Shown: positions 10,397-20,730, numbered from the stretch's first letter. The stretch is DNA of 34,528 nucleotides from a virus (IMGVR_UViG_3300028030_000037:1-34528); one strand, 5' to 3'. Made by a program: numbers and translations. The notes: generated from the letters alone by a model not told the origin.

Positions 10397-10848
10397 GTTT
10401 CCCGCCTCCACAGCTACTACCGGACACAATTAAAGAAATAACATTCTTTAACAATTTGATTCAGTCTGTTTATTCATTATGGTTTGAGTCAGACAAGCTA
10501 AATACTTTGCATGAATCAGAAGCGTTAACAACAACTGATGCAACAATAGCAACACTTGACCAGATCGAGCTAGAAGAAAACACAACAGCACACATACATT
10601 CAACTATAGTTGCTGTAGAGTCAGGAAGCGGTAATAGGGCGACTTACGAGATAATAGGCACGTTCTATAGGGTTTTAGGGCCGGCGGTGCAACAAGGCGT
10701 AACAACGTCATTACACAGCATTGAATCAGATGGTTCATGGGCTGTCAGTTATGATGTATCAGCCAATAGTGCTAGAATAAGGGTAACAGGCGCAGCGGCG
10801 TCAATAGATTGGCGGTCGTCCAGCCGAATTATGAGATTATCAAATTAG
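10393..10848 (+). CDS. Putative tail/needle structural protein
   Basis: Position after the gp10-like gene; beta-rich C-terminus. Confidence 0.5.
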   Translation: MSFPPPQLLPDTIKEITFFNNLIQSVYSLWFESDKLNTLHESEALTTTDATIATLDQIELEENTTAHIHSTIVAVESGSGNRATYEIIGTFYRVLGPAVQQGVTTSLHSIESDGSWAVSYDVSANSARIRVTGAAASIDWRSSSRIMRLSN

Positions 10849-10856
10849 GGTTAACA

Positions 10857-11750
10857 ATGAGTTTACTCGGCAAAGTATTAGGCACAGATCAGGCGGCTGA
10901 TAAGCAGTCCAAAGCGGCAACGCAAGCAGCACAGATTCAGGCTGATGCAACGACAAAAGCGGCTGAATTATCACGCCAGACAACGCAGGATGTTATCGCA
11001 TCGCAAGAGCAAGCAGCAGCGACGGCTAGAAGTGATCTACAGCCATTTCGTGATGCTGGGGCGGCACAGCTGCCTAACCTTAATACTGATCTACAGGGAA
11101 TCCGTGGGCTTGTAACAGACCTTAATCAACAAGCCAGCTTTGTACAAGATAACCCATTTTTCAAAGCATTAGCAGATGACGCACAACGTCGTATTTTTAA
11201 CAACCAGGCTGCTAAAGGTAAAGTAGGTTCAGGTGGTACTGCTGAAGCATTACAAAACAGCATTATGTTGCTTGGCAATGATTTGGTAAATCAAAACGTA
11301 AGCCAGCGGCAGGGTGTTTTAAGCTCTGGACTCAATATTGCATCACTGGGAAGTAACGCAGCAGCTGGACAGGCAAATATCACTCAAGGAGCTGCTACGA
11401 ATGCTGGAAACACAGCTATTAGCGGGAATAGAAGTATTACCGATCTTCTAACACAAGGCGCTAATGCTCAAGCTTCTGGTGTTGTTGGTTCAGCTAACGC
11501 ACAAGCAGCCGGTACACAAGCAGCTATTAATACTGCTCTACAGATTGGAACAATTGCTGCGCTATCAGATAAACGATATAAGGAAAATATCAAACCTGTA
11601 GGTAAATCTAAAGGAGTGCCTTATTACTTCTTCAAGTACAAAGATAGCTTGAAATTACAGTTCGGCACAATGGCGCATGAAGTCGAGCATATCAAAGATG
11701 CTGTTATTGATATCGGCGGTAAAAAATACGTTAACTATGGGGCTTTATAA
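10857..11750 (+). CDS. DNA transfer (ejection) protein, P22 gp7-like, with C-terminal peptidase S74-like domain
   Basis: Ala/Gln-rich, LQPFRDAG and NP.F motifs; C-terminal SDKRYKENI..VG...Y.FKY...G.MAHEV. Confidence 0.75.
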   Translation: MSLLGKVLGTDQAADKQSKAATQAAQIQADATTKAAELSRQTTQDVIASQEQAAATARSDLQPFRDAGAAQLPNLNTDLQGIRGLVTDLNQQASFVQDNPFFKALADDAQRRIFNNQAAKGKVGSGGTAEALQNSIMLLGNDLVNQNVSQRQGVLSSGLNIASLGSNAAAGQANITQGAATNAGNTAISGNRSITDLLTQGANAQASGVVGSANAQAAGTQAAINTALQIGTIAALSDKRYKENIKPVGKSKGVPYYFFKYKDSLKLQFGTMAHEVEHIKDAVIDIGGKKYVNYGAL

Positions 11751-12982
11751 TGGCTATTAATCCAAACATCCCATTACAAGCTAATGTCGTAGTTGACCCG
11801 TCTCAAGGAATTGCACAGCTGGCTAATGCTCTGCAAGTAAGAAAGCAGAACGACAGGCAGAAAGAGTTAGACGCTCAATCAGCTAAATCACAAGGCATTC
11901 AGGACGAAGCAAACAAATTGCAGATTGACGCTGCAAAACAGAAAATTGCTCAATCTGGAAAAGAAGGCGCATTGAAAGCATGGGGAGCTGATCTTGTGCG
12001 TATTAAGTCGTTGGCCGATGCTGGCCAATTACAGCAGGCCAGACACGAATTAATCCAGCGTAAAGCTAATCTAGTCGAACAGCAAATTAATGATCCTAGT
12101 GTTGATACAAATGACACTGATGAGCTTATTAATTTTATTGATCAAGGAAATTTAGAAGGGTTCAATGCTGTTGTAAATTCAGAGCTAAGCGGATTGCAGT
12201 CACTGGGATTGCTTGAAGGTGTAAGCGGCAAACAAGGGCTTGCATCGGCTAAAACAGAACTATTCACAAGCGGATCAATTCAGGCCATGCCAGATGGGTC
12301 TGTTATCGTAAAAGACCCTCAAGGGAATACTGTAACAGGCGAGGATAGGACGAAGGTATTAGCTGCAATACGTCAAGAATCAATCGACAAAGCCCAGTCA
12401 ATGGCTAATATTGAGGTTCAAAAGAATAGAGATATTGAACAAGTTAAATCCGCTGAGAAGAAAGCGACACAGGCTTTTGATATGGTGGATAAAATACGAG
12501 GCAATATCAGAAACCTTGAAGAAGCGGCTAGGCTATCAAAAGATGGAGCTAATACTGGGCCAATTGTTTCAATGTTCCCAAGTTTCAAAGAAGAATCAGT
12601 GCGGCTTGATAACATGCAGAAACGATTAGGTCTTGATGTTGTTGGTGCAGTTACTTTTGGCGCGTTATCTAAAGGTGAATTGGATTTAGCCAAAGATGTT
12701 GCTTTGCCGACTAATTTAACACCAGAAAAACTAGTGAAGTGGATTGAAGACAAAATAGCAGCGCAAAAGAAATTAGCAACATATCTTGAAGACCAGGCTA
12801 TTTATTTAAGCCAAGGACATACTAATGCAGAATGGAAGCAATACCAGAGAGAGCAAAAGAAAATTGCTGATTCTGTAATAAAATCCACAGGTGTGAGCGA
12901 GCAAGATATTAATGACACCATGAAAGAACTTGGGTGGACAAGGCAGCAAGTAATCAACGAATTGCAGAAAAGGGCTAAATAA
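11750..12982 (+). CDS. Putative DNA ejection protein
   Basis: Coiled-coil rich, second gene of the ejection trio, FGALSKGEL motif. Confidence 0.6.
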   Translation: MAINPNIPLQANVVVDPSQGIAQLANALQVRKQNDRQKELDAQSAKSQGIQDEANKLQIDAAKQKIAQSGKEGALKAWGADLVRIKSLADAGQLQQARHELIQRKANLVEQQINDPSVDTNDTDELINFIDQGNLEGFNAVVNSELSGLQSLGLLEGVSGKQGLASAKTELFTSGSIQAMPDGSVIVKDPQGNTVTGEDRTKVLAAIRQESIDKAQSMANIEVQKNRDIEQVKSAEKKATQAFDMVDKIRGNIRNLEEAARLSKDGANTGPIVSMFPSFKEESVRLDNMQKRLGLDVVGAVTFGALSKGELDLAKDVALPTNLTPEKLVKWIEDKIAAQKKLATYLEDQAIYLSQGHTNAEWKQYQREQKKIADSVIKSTGVSEQDINDTMKELGWTRQQVINELQKRAK

Positions 12983-14814
12983 TGCCTAACCTATTTCCTG
13001 ACCTTAAAGAAAAAGATAAACCGGTTAATACTGGAGGCGGCAATTTATTTCCTGACCTTGCGCCAAAACAAGAGCGTGCTACAAATCCTGATCAACCAGA
13101 GCAAGGTGGCCAGTCGTTCGCGGCAGGCGCAGGACAGCAATTATTGCAAGGCGCTACACTAAACACGGCTGATGAAATTCAATCAGTAATAGCTGCGGCT
13201 GTGGCAGCTCCTTTTATCTCTGATAAAACATTTTCCCAGCTAATGGTTGATGCTCGCAAGTCATTTAGAGAGCAAAACAAGAAGTTTGAAGAACAAAACC
13301 CTAAAACCGCATTAGGTCTGCAATTAGCTGGAGGGTTAGCAACTGGTGGAGCTGGTTTGGGTGCTACATCTACTATAAAAGGTGCTGCCGCTGTAGGTGG
13401 GACAATGGGTGCTATTGCTGGTGCAGGGACTTCAGATCAGCCAGAATTCTTGACTAAAGAAACTGCTATTGATGCTGGTATAGGTGCTGTTGGAGGTGCT
13501 GCTATCGGTGCTGCTATACCTGCTGCTGGCAAGGTTGTTAAGCCAATAGCAAAAGATATTGCTAAAATATTTACTAAACAATCTCCAACAAAGCAAAGAA
13601 TAGCAAAGCTGATTGAAAGCGGATCAGTTGATAATGAAACCGCGAGATTTAAGTTAAAAGAAGGCGTGCAACCAGCTGAAACAAAGTTAGGCGAATACTT
13701 AAGAGTAGGCGCACCAAAGGTTGAAGCTGATAATGTAGCGCGAGAAGCGATTAAACAGGGATATGATGAAGGCGTTATCGCTGCGATTAAAGGTGCAAGC
13801 AAAACAGACAAAGCAAAGATGCTGAAAATGGTCGAAATACTTGATAGAGGCCGAAAGAATCAACGGTTTTCAGTAGAGAATAGACCTTCTGACGTAGTAG
13901 GCGATACGTTATTGCAGAGGTTAAAAACAGTTAAATCAGCTAATCAAGCAGCTGGTCAACAGTTAGATATCGTTGCAAAATCTTTGAAGGGACAGCCTTT
14001 CGATGCTAAAGAGCCGGTTGGTAAGTTTGTGCAAGACCTTCATGATATGGGCATCACGTTTTCAAATAAAGGCGGGAAGATTAAGGCAAATTACAAAAAT
14101 TCTGATATACAAGGTTTGAAATCAATCGAAAACCTAATGACCCGAGTTATTAGTAGAATGAGCAATGTCGATAAAGTTGATGCTTTAGCAGCTCATAGAA
14201 TGAAAAGGTTTTTAGATCAGCAAGTTCCTTACGGGAAAACAAAGGGGTTAACAGGTAAAGCTCGAACGGTATTAAAAAAACTACGTCATAACTTAGATAA
14301 AACGCTCGATGATTCGTACCCTAAATATAACCAAGTTAATACGGTTTATTCAGATACTATAAACGCTATTGATTCTTTGCAGGATGTTTCAGGACAGAAA
14401 ATGGATTTATCTGGAAAAAATGCAGACAAGGCTGTTGGAACTCTACTTCGCAGGCTATTAAGCAAACAACAGTCTCGCGTTAGGCTTTTAGATGCTGTGA
14501 ATGAGGTTGAATCAGTCGCTAAAAAATACTCAGGCGATGGTAAAAAGCTCTTAACAGGAAAAGGAAATGGCGAGGATGATTTGTTAACACAAGTTATGTT
14601 TGCGGATGAGTTAGAATCAGTCTTTGGATCATCGGCAAAAACTTCATTTCAAGGCGACATTGAGAAGGCGATTAATAAAGGCGCAAATCTTGCGACCTCT
14701 CCGACTTCTGGTTTCGATGCAGGGGTATCAATTCTAGGGAAGGGCGCTGAAAAGATACGGGGTATTAATCCTGATAATGCAATCAAAGCAATTAAAGACT
14801 TATTGAGCGAATAA
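12982..14814 (+). CDS. Putative DNA ejection protein (gp16 position)
   Basis: Gly/Ala-rich hydrophobic N-terminal segment, QGATLNTADEI motif, third gene of the trio. Confidence 0.6.
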   Translation: MPNLFPDLKEKDKPVNTGGGNLFPDLAPKQERATNPDQPEQGGQSFAAGAGQQLLQGATLNTADEIQSVIAAAVAAPFISDKTFSQLMVDARKSFREQNKKFEEQNPKTALGLQLAGGLATGGAGLGATSTIKGAAAVGGTMGAIAGAGTSDQPEFLTKETAIDAGIGAVGGAAIGAAIPAAGKVVKPIAKDIAKIFTKQSPTKQRIAKLIESGSVDNETARFKLKEGVQPAETKLGEYLRVGAPKVEADNVAREAIKQGYDEGVIAAIKGASKTDKAKMLKMVEILDRGRKNQRFSVENRPSDVVGDTLLQRLKTVKSANQAAGQQLDIVAKSLKGQPFDAKEPVGKFVQDLHDMGITFSNKGGKIKANYKNSDIQGLKSIENLMTRVISRMSNVDKVDALAAHRMKRFLDQQVPYGKTKGLTGKARTVLKKLRHNLDKTLDDSYPKYNQVNTVYSDTINAIDSLQDVSGQKMDLSGKNADKAVGTLLRRLLSKQQSRVRLLDAVNEVESVAKKYSGDGKKLLTGKGNGEDDLLTQVMFADELESVFGSSAKTSFQGDIEKAINKGANLATSPTSGFDAGVSILGKGAEKIRGINPDNAIKAIKDLLSE

Positions 14815-14815
14815 C

Positions 14816-15793
14816 ATGGCCTGGCTACCAATAGCGCAAACTGTCCCGCAATACACCTCTTCTGGTGAGCCTGCTGCGGGTTATGTTTTAAAATTCTACG
14901 CAGCTGGAACTGCAACTAATATTGTCATTGCAACTGATAACACTGGTGGCACTACCGCAACTGACGCATTATTGAACGCAGATGGCTATCCAGAGGTTAC
15001 AGGATCAGTTTTTATCCCACACATAGACCAATCCTATAAAGTTGTTTTGTATCCATCACAGGCGGCAGCAGACAGCGATACAGGGTCTGTTTGGTCTGTA
15101 GATAACTTAACTCCTCCGGTTAATACGGTTAACTCAGTTGACGAAAAGGTAAAAGTATCAAGTAACGATACAACAGCAGACACGCTTGATAGCAAGGTCG
15201 TATCAGGAACAAACATCAATGTGACTGAAAACCTAGACGGCGCAAATGAGAATCTAAGCGTAGATTTAAAATTGACGGCTGATGTAGTACCGGAAACAAC
15301 GTCGGCAATTGATTTAGGAACAGTGACAAAACAATTTAAAGATGCGCAGTTCAGCGGGACTTTAACTGTAGACACTGCTTTTTCAGGGGCAGCATTCTTA
15401 GACGAAGATGATTTAATATCTGATAGCAATACAAAAGCAGCTAGTCAGCAATCTATAAAAGCATATATTGATTTGAAAACAGGCGGTCTTAACACAAAAA
15501 TAATTGATATTGGCGACTGGGATATGGATGCAACATTATCAGTATCAATACCTCATGGTTTAACATATTCTAAAATAAGGAGCGTCAAGGCGTTAATTCG
15601 TAATGATGCAGACTCGGCTGTATATGATTTTTCTTCAGTAAATAATGCAGTGACAGAAACAGCAGGAAACTTTGTTTATGCGACAGTAACAGACGTTGCA
15701 ATAACTAGGGCGACGACAGGATTTTTCGATTCAACAGGATTCGATAGTACATCTTATAATCGTGGCTGGATTGTAATAAGGCATATTAACTAA
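14816..15793 (+). CDS. Tail fibre/spike-related protein
   Basis: N-terminal ~100 aa paralogous to the next gene (virion-binding domain). Confidence 0.65.
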   Translation: MAWLPIAQTVPQYTSSGEPAAGYVLKFYAAGTATNIVIATDNTGGTTATDALLNADGYPEVTGSVFIPHIDQSYKVVLYPSQAAADSDTGSVWSVDNLTPPVNTVNSVDEKVKVSSNDTTADTLDSKVVSGTNINVTENLDGANENLSVDLKLTADVVPETTSAIDLGTVTKQFKDAQFSGTLTVDTAFSGAAFLDEDDLISDSNTKAASQQSIKAYIDLKTGGLNTKIIDIGDWDMDATLSVSIPHGLTYSKIRSVKALIRNDADSAVYDFSSVNNAVTETAGNFVYATVTDVAITRATTGFFDSTGFDSTSYNRGWIVIRHIN

Positions 15794-17943
15794 TGGCATA
15801 TCTACCAATAGCTCAAACAGTACCGCAATACTCTAATAACGGTGAGCCAGCTTCAGGCTATGTCCTGAAATTCTATGCCGCTGGAACATCGACCGTTATC
15901 AATTCAGCGACAGATAACACAGGAGCAACTCTGTTAAGCGATATAGTGCTAAATGCAGATGGCTATCCAGATCAGTCTGGCTCTATCTTCATTCCGCATA
16001 TAGACCAAGAGTACAAATTAGCATTATATCCTTCACAGTCTGCTGCTGACTCAAACACAGGCGCAACATGGTCTATCGATAATCTAGCTGCTGCGGTAAA
16101 TGCTGACACAAACAGCCAAGTTCAAGTATCAAGCAATGATGCGACACCAGGTTATTTGAACGGTAAACTCGTTGTAGGTTCAGGGATAGGGTTAACAGAG
16201 CAAAATGATGGCTCAGACGAAAGCCTTTTAATTACTAATCCGGTTAAAATTTATGACACTTTGGCTTTAATGGTCGCAGACGTTGCCAATATCTCTATTG
16301 GCGATTCTATAACACTGGATGGACGGAATACGAAAGGCGATGGCGGCGGGGCTACTTGGCGCGCAGTTGATGCTACCTTGGTTACGACTAATGGATATAA
16401 TATTGTAGCTGGAAATGCTACGGTTGCTTTTCAACTTTACACCAGTTTAATCCCATTCAGTCAGCATACCGTTATCCCCGCTCAGTGGGGCGCAGACGTA
16501 ACAGGTGCAACAGATTGCACTAGCGAAGTACACGCAGTTAGAGACTATGCAAAATCTTCTGGTGCTAACGTATATTTTACCAGAGGCACTTATCTCGGAA
16601 ACTTTGATTTTCAAGGCTTAAACGCTTCTCAATGGCAGAATCTTGTTATCTACGGTGACGGTATTAATACTGTGCTTAAACGTAATTCTGCACTGTCGCA
16701 GGTGCTTAGAGTTCGTGGTGAGTCATCTTCCGGTGATATGAGATACCCGCATGTATCTAACTTGATGATCGACGGTAACGGTAGCTCTACATCACCAGCT
16801 TTTGAAATCAATTATTGCCAAACCCCACAGGTAGAGAACGTCTATTTTCAGAATTGCCATAATGCAATGTTGATGGAAACTAAGGTTTATGATGGTTCTT
16901 TAACTCACGTCATATTCCGCGATCCAGACAGAACAGCGGCTGATGGCTACGCATTAAAACTTGGCGATAGCTGCAATTACATTACTATTGACGATTCTTA
17001 TTTCATCGGCCCAGGTGATGCTAATAAACACACATTGCTGTATTGCTCAGGACCGAATGATGCGCCAGGGTATCATCGGATTATAAATTCACAGTTTGAA
17101 AACTCGTCACATCCAATTACTTTAGAGGATGTTCGCGGCATCGTTCTTGATAACAATCATATCGAAGGACACGGGGCATTGACGACTGGCACGGCTGAGT
17201 TTCATGGAATTACAATTAAACCTGTTACCAATGGTGGCGCAAGTGCTTTCGGCTCTGGAATGGTTATCACTAATAATAAATTCTGGGGGAAATCATCCAC
17301 TACGGCTTTTGATGCGTTTATCAATATTGATCTCGATAGTGCTGGGCAGACTGAAACAGAGGATTTATTCGCTGGGTGGGTTGTTGAAGGCAACACTTTC
17401 GGAACGTCTGCGACGCAAGGCGGCGATGCTTATGGCACAAAGGCTGCTATCAGCTTAAAGGCATTTAGTGCTAAAGGACAAGTGTTGAGGTTAGGCAGTA
17501 ATAACTGGCACGCTAACGGCGCATCAGGTGGAGTGTTGAGAACAGATTTTATACTGACGCCTGCTAACACTGCTGGCAACTATGCCAGGTATACTCTTGA
17601 TAATGAGTCGCCTTTGTATGACCTATGGCTAAGTGGATCGAGAGAGATAGCAACACTTAACAAGGCTATGAGTGGTGGTATTATCACCACAGAGAACGCA
17701 ACTGCAAACGGATCACTGACCCTGCCTAGCGCATTGAAGAACATGGAGTACACTTTTATTGTGTCTGAGTCCTACTGGCTTGAGTTAGACCCGGCAACAG
17801 GTGAGAGATTTAGATTAGCTTCTGCTGCTGATAAATACATCCGTTCGTCAGGTTCTAGTGGCGATACGTTGAAGATATATTGCATCGAGGATGGAATATG
17901 GGATGTTGCATATTCACAAGGAACATGGACATATCAAGTCTAA
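15793..17943 (+). CDS. Tailspike with right-handed beta-helix (pectate lyase-like depolymerase)
   Basis: GDGGGA.W, WGADVTGATDCT, VYF.RGTY and IYGDG..TVL motifs followed by beta-helix repeats. Confidence 0.85.
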   Translation: MAYLPIAQTVPQYSNNGEPASGYVLKFYAAGTSTVINSATDNTGATLLSDIVLNADGYPDQSGSIFIPHIDQEYKLALYPSQSAADSNTGATWSIDNLAAAVNADTNSQVQVSSNDATPGYLNGKLVVGSGIGLTEQNDGSDESLLITNPVKIYDTLALMVADVANISIGDSITLDGRNTKGDGGGATWRAVDATLVTTNGYNIVAGNATVAFQLYTSLIPFSQHTVIPAQWGADVTGATDCTSEVHAVRDYAKSSGANVYFTRGTYLGNFDFQGLNASQWQNLVIYGDGINTVLKRNSALSQVLRVRGESSSGDMRYPHVSNLMIDGNGSSTSPAFEINYCQTPQVENVYFQNCHNAMLMETKVYDGSLTHVIFRDPDRTAADGYALKLGDSCNYITIDDSYFIGPGDANKHTLLYCSGPNDAPGYHRIINSQFENSSHPITLEDVRGIVLDNNHIEGHGALTTGTAEFHGITIKPVTNGGASAFGSGMVITNNKFWGKSSTTAFDAFINIDLDSAGQTETEDLFAGWVVEGNTFGTSATQGGDAYGTKAAISLKAFSAKGQVLRLGSNNWHANGASGGVLRTDFILTPANTAGNYARYTLDNESPLYDLWLSGSREIATLNKAMSGGIITTENATANGSLTLPSALKNMEYTFIVSESYWLELDPATGERFRLASAADKYIRSSGSSGDTLKIYCIEDGIWDVAYSQGTWTYQV

Positions 17944-19556
17944 GACTGCATTGACTTGCTTCTGTTTCGGTATCTGATGAATGAGTGAACCATATAGTTA
18001 TGCGCTTGTTCACTGTATCTTGATACTTGTTGTAAGCCTTTTGGAAATACACCGAACACTTCACGGAATTTGTGCGCCGCCATCCCTTTAGTGTTTACAG
18101 GCATCTTGCCCTGTTTCATTCTGCGCTGATTCAATTCCATAATCTCATGCAATAAACCGGAGTACATTTCTTGCTTGTCAGGTTTTTTCTTTTTATGCTT
18201 AGTTGATTTATTGTTAACAATCTCGACCATCTTCCCATGCTCAAATCTCATAACCTGTCCGTTAACGAATTGAGTATATTTCTCCGGCTTATATCCGCAA
18301 TAATTACACTGTCCGCCAGTAAAGAAGTGATGACACTCAGGGCATTCTGACTGCTTCACATCGCTTGCTTTTGGCTTATCGTCACGCTCTTTCTTTTTGC
18401 CATCACATAGCTCGGTGAACTCAGCTTCGTAAACGTCTGGATGCGAGTACCGCTCCCAGTTGCCGCCGTGGTCGTGGATAATTGCTACTTTGTCTGGGTT
18501 ATTTGGATCACTACGCCTTGCCCTGCCGTGTAACTGTATCCACCTTCCAAGTGCCGACGGGTGTCCATCCTTGTCCGGTGCGAACGCTGTGCATAAAAGG
18601 ATTGCTGACGCTTCTGGATAGTCAAAGCCCTCTATTAATTTAATGACTGAGAAAACACCGATTAACAAACCATCCTTTAATGATTTAAGCACCGCCTCGC
18701 AATCATCATGGCTCATTTTGCTGTGGACATAGCCTACATTATGTCCAGCGTTTTGAAACAGCTCTGCAAGGTGAACACAAGACTTGATTGATTTAGCGAA
18801 TCCAAGAAACGGTCGGCCTTCCATATCTGGATTGTTTTCGTACTCGGTTAGAACATCGCCGGTTAGTGACTCAACCTGCTTATCTTCGTCTCTGGTACTG
18901 TACTCACCAGTCGTTAGAACTTTCAGTTTTGAATGGTCTATTTGCTTCCTTGCCGCTAGAACCCGCATCGGAGTTATAACTCCCTGCTGTGCTAGTTTGT
19001 AGGCCGGTGTAGTCCTTACAAGGTCATCATATACGTTTGCTAGTCCTTTACTCATCGGTGTAGCAGAAAGACCGACAAGCCACTTAGTATCAATATTCTC
19101 TACTGCTTTGAACCGAAGGTGAGCCTCGTCAACAACCACACAATCGAAGTCTTTAAATAAATCTGGGTAGTCTCGAAGTCTATTACCGAGTGTTTGGATG
19201 GTCGCTATCTGTACTGCATAACTGAGATTAAAGCGTTCGTCATTTCCTTGAATAATCCCGACGTCAGTTTGCAGGATGTAGTTGAAGTCTTTGAGAATCT
19301 GGTTTATCAGAGTATTGCGAGGGACAACAAACATCAACCTGGCTTTGTTGTTTTTGCTGAGTATCCGGTGGAATAAAGTGGCTGCCCAAACAGATTTCCC
19401 TGAACCAGTTGGTGACATGCACATTTGCCGACGATATCCTGCTCGATACGATTTAATCATATTATCGAACAGTTTTATCTGAACATCCCTTAACTTTAAA
19501 TCTGCCGGTAATGGTTTTAAATCAACCGGCTTTATTATTATTTTATCATCGAACAT
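17940..19556 (-). CDS. Superfamily 2 DNA helicase (DEAH, RadD/ResIII-like) with C-terminal zinc ribbon
   Basis: LRDVQ, SPTGSGKS, VVDEAH, GLSATP, EGFDYP, QLHGRARR, CPEC..CNYC. Confidence 0.92.
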   Translation of the reverse strand: MFDDKIIIKPVDLKPLPADLKLRDVQIKLFDNMIKSYRAGYRRQMCMSPTGSGKSVWAATLFHRILSKNNKARLMFVVPRNTLINQILKDFNYILQTDVGIIQGNDERFNLSYAVQIATIQTLGNRLRDYPDLFKDFDCVVVDEAHLRFKAVENIDTKWLVGLSATPMSKGLANVYDDLVRTTPAYKLAQQGVITPMRVLAARKQIDHSKLKVLTTGEYSTRDEDKQVESLTGDVLTEYENNPDMEGRPFLGFAKSIKSCVHLAELFQNAGHNVGYVHSKMSHDDCEAVLKSLKDGLLIGVFSVIKLIEGFDYPEASAILLCTAFAPDKDGHPSALGRWIQLHGRARRSDPNNPDKVAIIHDHGGNWERYSHPDVYEAEFTELCDGKKKERDDKPKASDVKQSECPECHHFFTGGQCNYCGYKPEKYTQFVNGQVMRFEHGKMVEIVNNKSTKHKKKKPDKQEMYSGLLHEIMELNQRRMKQGKMPVNTKGMAAHKFREVFGVFPKGLQQVSRYSEQAHNYMVHSFIRYRNRSKSMQS

Positions 19557-19573
19557 AGTCACCTCTAACTATA

Positions 19574-19665
19574 TGGTAGTTGGGGCGAGACTCGAACTCG
19601 CATCAGCCGATTATCTGTCGTTACGGGTTATAAACCCGCTGCTCTACCAGTTAAGCTACCCAACC
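19574..19665 (-). tRNA. tRNA-Ile, anticodon UAU, long variable arm, encoded CCA
   Basis: Minus strand: acceptor GGTTGGG/CCCAACT-A-CCA, D arm GCTT..AGAGC, anticodon stem GCGGG-TTTATAA-CCCGT, T arm GCGAG-TTCGAGT-CTCGC. Confidence 0.85.
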
Positions 19666-19697
19666 ATTTTTGGTAATGAAACAGATTTCGCTACCAG

Positions 19698-19746
19698 ATA
19701 TAACAGGTCGATGAACCAGACGGAGCTGGCTATCTAGTTGTTAGAT
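19698..19746 (+). mobile_element. attC-like site (short, 49 bp)
   Basis: ATATAAC...GTTAGAT ends with an internal imperfect palindrome GATGAACCAG/CTGGCTATC. Confidence 0.65.
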
Positions 19747-19748
19747 TA

Positions 19749-20081
19749 CTAATCACGCCAATTATCACACCAACAATCAGGTGTTATCTCTTTTATGAAT
19801 TCAGTAGTGATATGCGTATGTATTACATCAGGTGATGATTCTTCCGATTCATCTGCAAAATAAATAAGTCTTACAGAATCTTTTTTACCATCTTCAATTA
19901 GCACCTTTTGTATGTCTTTATTAAAATCCTCAAGTGCTGAATATCTTTTTAACTCTGTATAACTAGCCCAGTAATCTCTATCGAAATCAATTAACCCATC
20001 ATATTTATCTGTAAACCATTTAGGCAATTCATCTTTCTTCATTACCATTGTGTCGCTTATTACTTGGTGTCTGTAACCCAT
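19749..20081 (-). CDS. Cassette-borne hypothetical protein
   Basis: 110 aa, AGGAG RBS, bounded by GTTAGAT (19740) and ACCTAAC (20109). Confidence 0.8.
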   Translation of the reverse strand: MGYRHQVISDTMVMKKDELPKWFTDKYDGLIDFDRDYWASYTELKRYSALEDFNKDIQKVLIEDGKKDSVRLIYFADESEESSPDVIHTHITTEFIKEITPDCWCDNWRD

Positions 20082-20108
20082 TTCATTCTCCTATAATTAT
20101 TAAAGTAA

Positions 20109-20154
20109 ACCTAACAATACGCGCAAGGCGCTATCGCTCGGACTCGCTGCGCTC
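20109..20154 (+). mobile_element. Truncated attC-like site
   Basis: From TAAC onward it matches the reverse complement of the 27787 site with one mismatch, but lacks the distal arm. Confidence 0.75.
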
Positions 20155-20365
20155 TAATCATTAAACCAAATAGTCCAAACACTCACTAACATAATCAGGC
20201 TGAAACGGTGTGGATTCCATCACATCAACCTTATGACCTATGTCAATTTGTATCCGAACCATAGAGAATAACAAACTTACAGCGATCAGTAAAAGCACTG
20301 TTACCGTTTTCGATGCTTGCGGTTCTTCCTCGCCTTCGTCTTTTCGTACTGTCTCCACGGGTGCA

Positions 20366-20524
20366 TCATCCAAAAATATAGCTGATGCCAAGACCTAGCA
20401 AGTAGATCATCACGCAGACTGGAACAAGGATTAGCGCTGAACGTGCAAACCATTCCCAGCGTTCAAGTTTTGCATCTTCAAACAGTTCGATTTGATCTTC
20501 GTCGATGTCTGTTGGTTGTTTCAT
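20366..20524 (-). CDS. Small membrane protein (52 aa, not in ORF track)
   Basis: MKQPTDIDEDQIELFEDAKLERWEWFARSALILVPVCVMIYLLGLGISYIFG; ATGA overlap with the upstream gene; GAGGTG RBS. Confidence 0.6.
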   Translation of the reverse strand: MKQPTDIDEDQIELFEDAKLERWEWFARSALILVPVCVMIYLLGLGISYIFG

Positions 20525-20730
20525 TTATCACCTCTATATTTCTTGTGTACTCGGATAACCTCATGTAGCATATCCCGAACCTTCATCATTCGAGCTGGAT
20601 CAGGGTTATGATACTTACCTTGCAGCATTTTCATAAACCAGCTAATAGGCACGCCGGATGCCTTAACGGTCATCGGATAGCTGTAGTTTGCTAACCGCAT
20701 CAAGCCTTTTAGTTCTTCTGGTGTAATCAT
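20521..20730 (-). CDS. Putative Cro/XRE-like HTH DNA-binding protein
   Basis: 69 aa with pattern LK.LM......V.ASGV..SWF.KM..G...NP. Confidence 0.55.
   Translation of the reverse strand: MITPEELKGLMRLANYSYPMTVKASGVPISWFMKMLQGKYHNPDPARMMKVRDMLHEVIRVHKKYRGDK

Noticed and set aside
20161-20391. 76-aa minus-strand ORF as listed in the track
   Set aside because: Its start lies inside a better-supported 52-aa ORF and has no clear RBS; a shorter hydrophobic product is possible but unsupported
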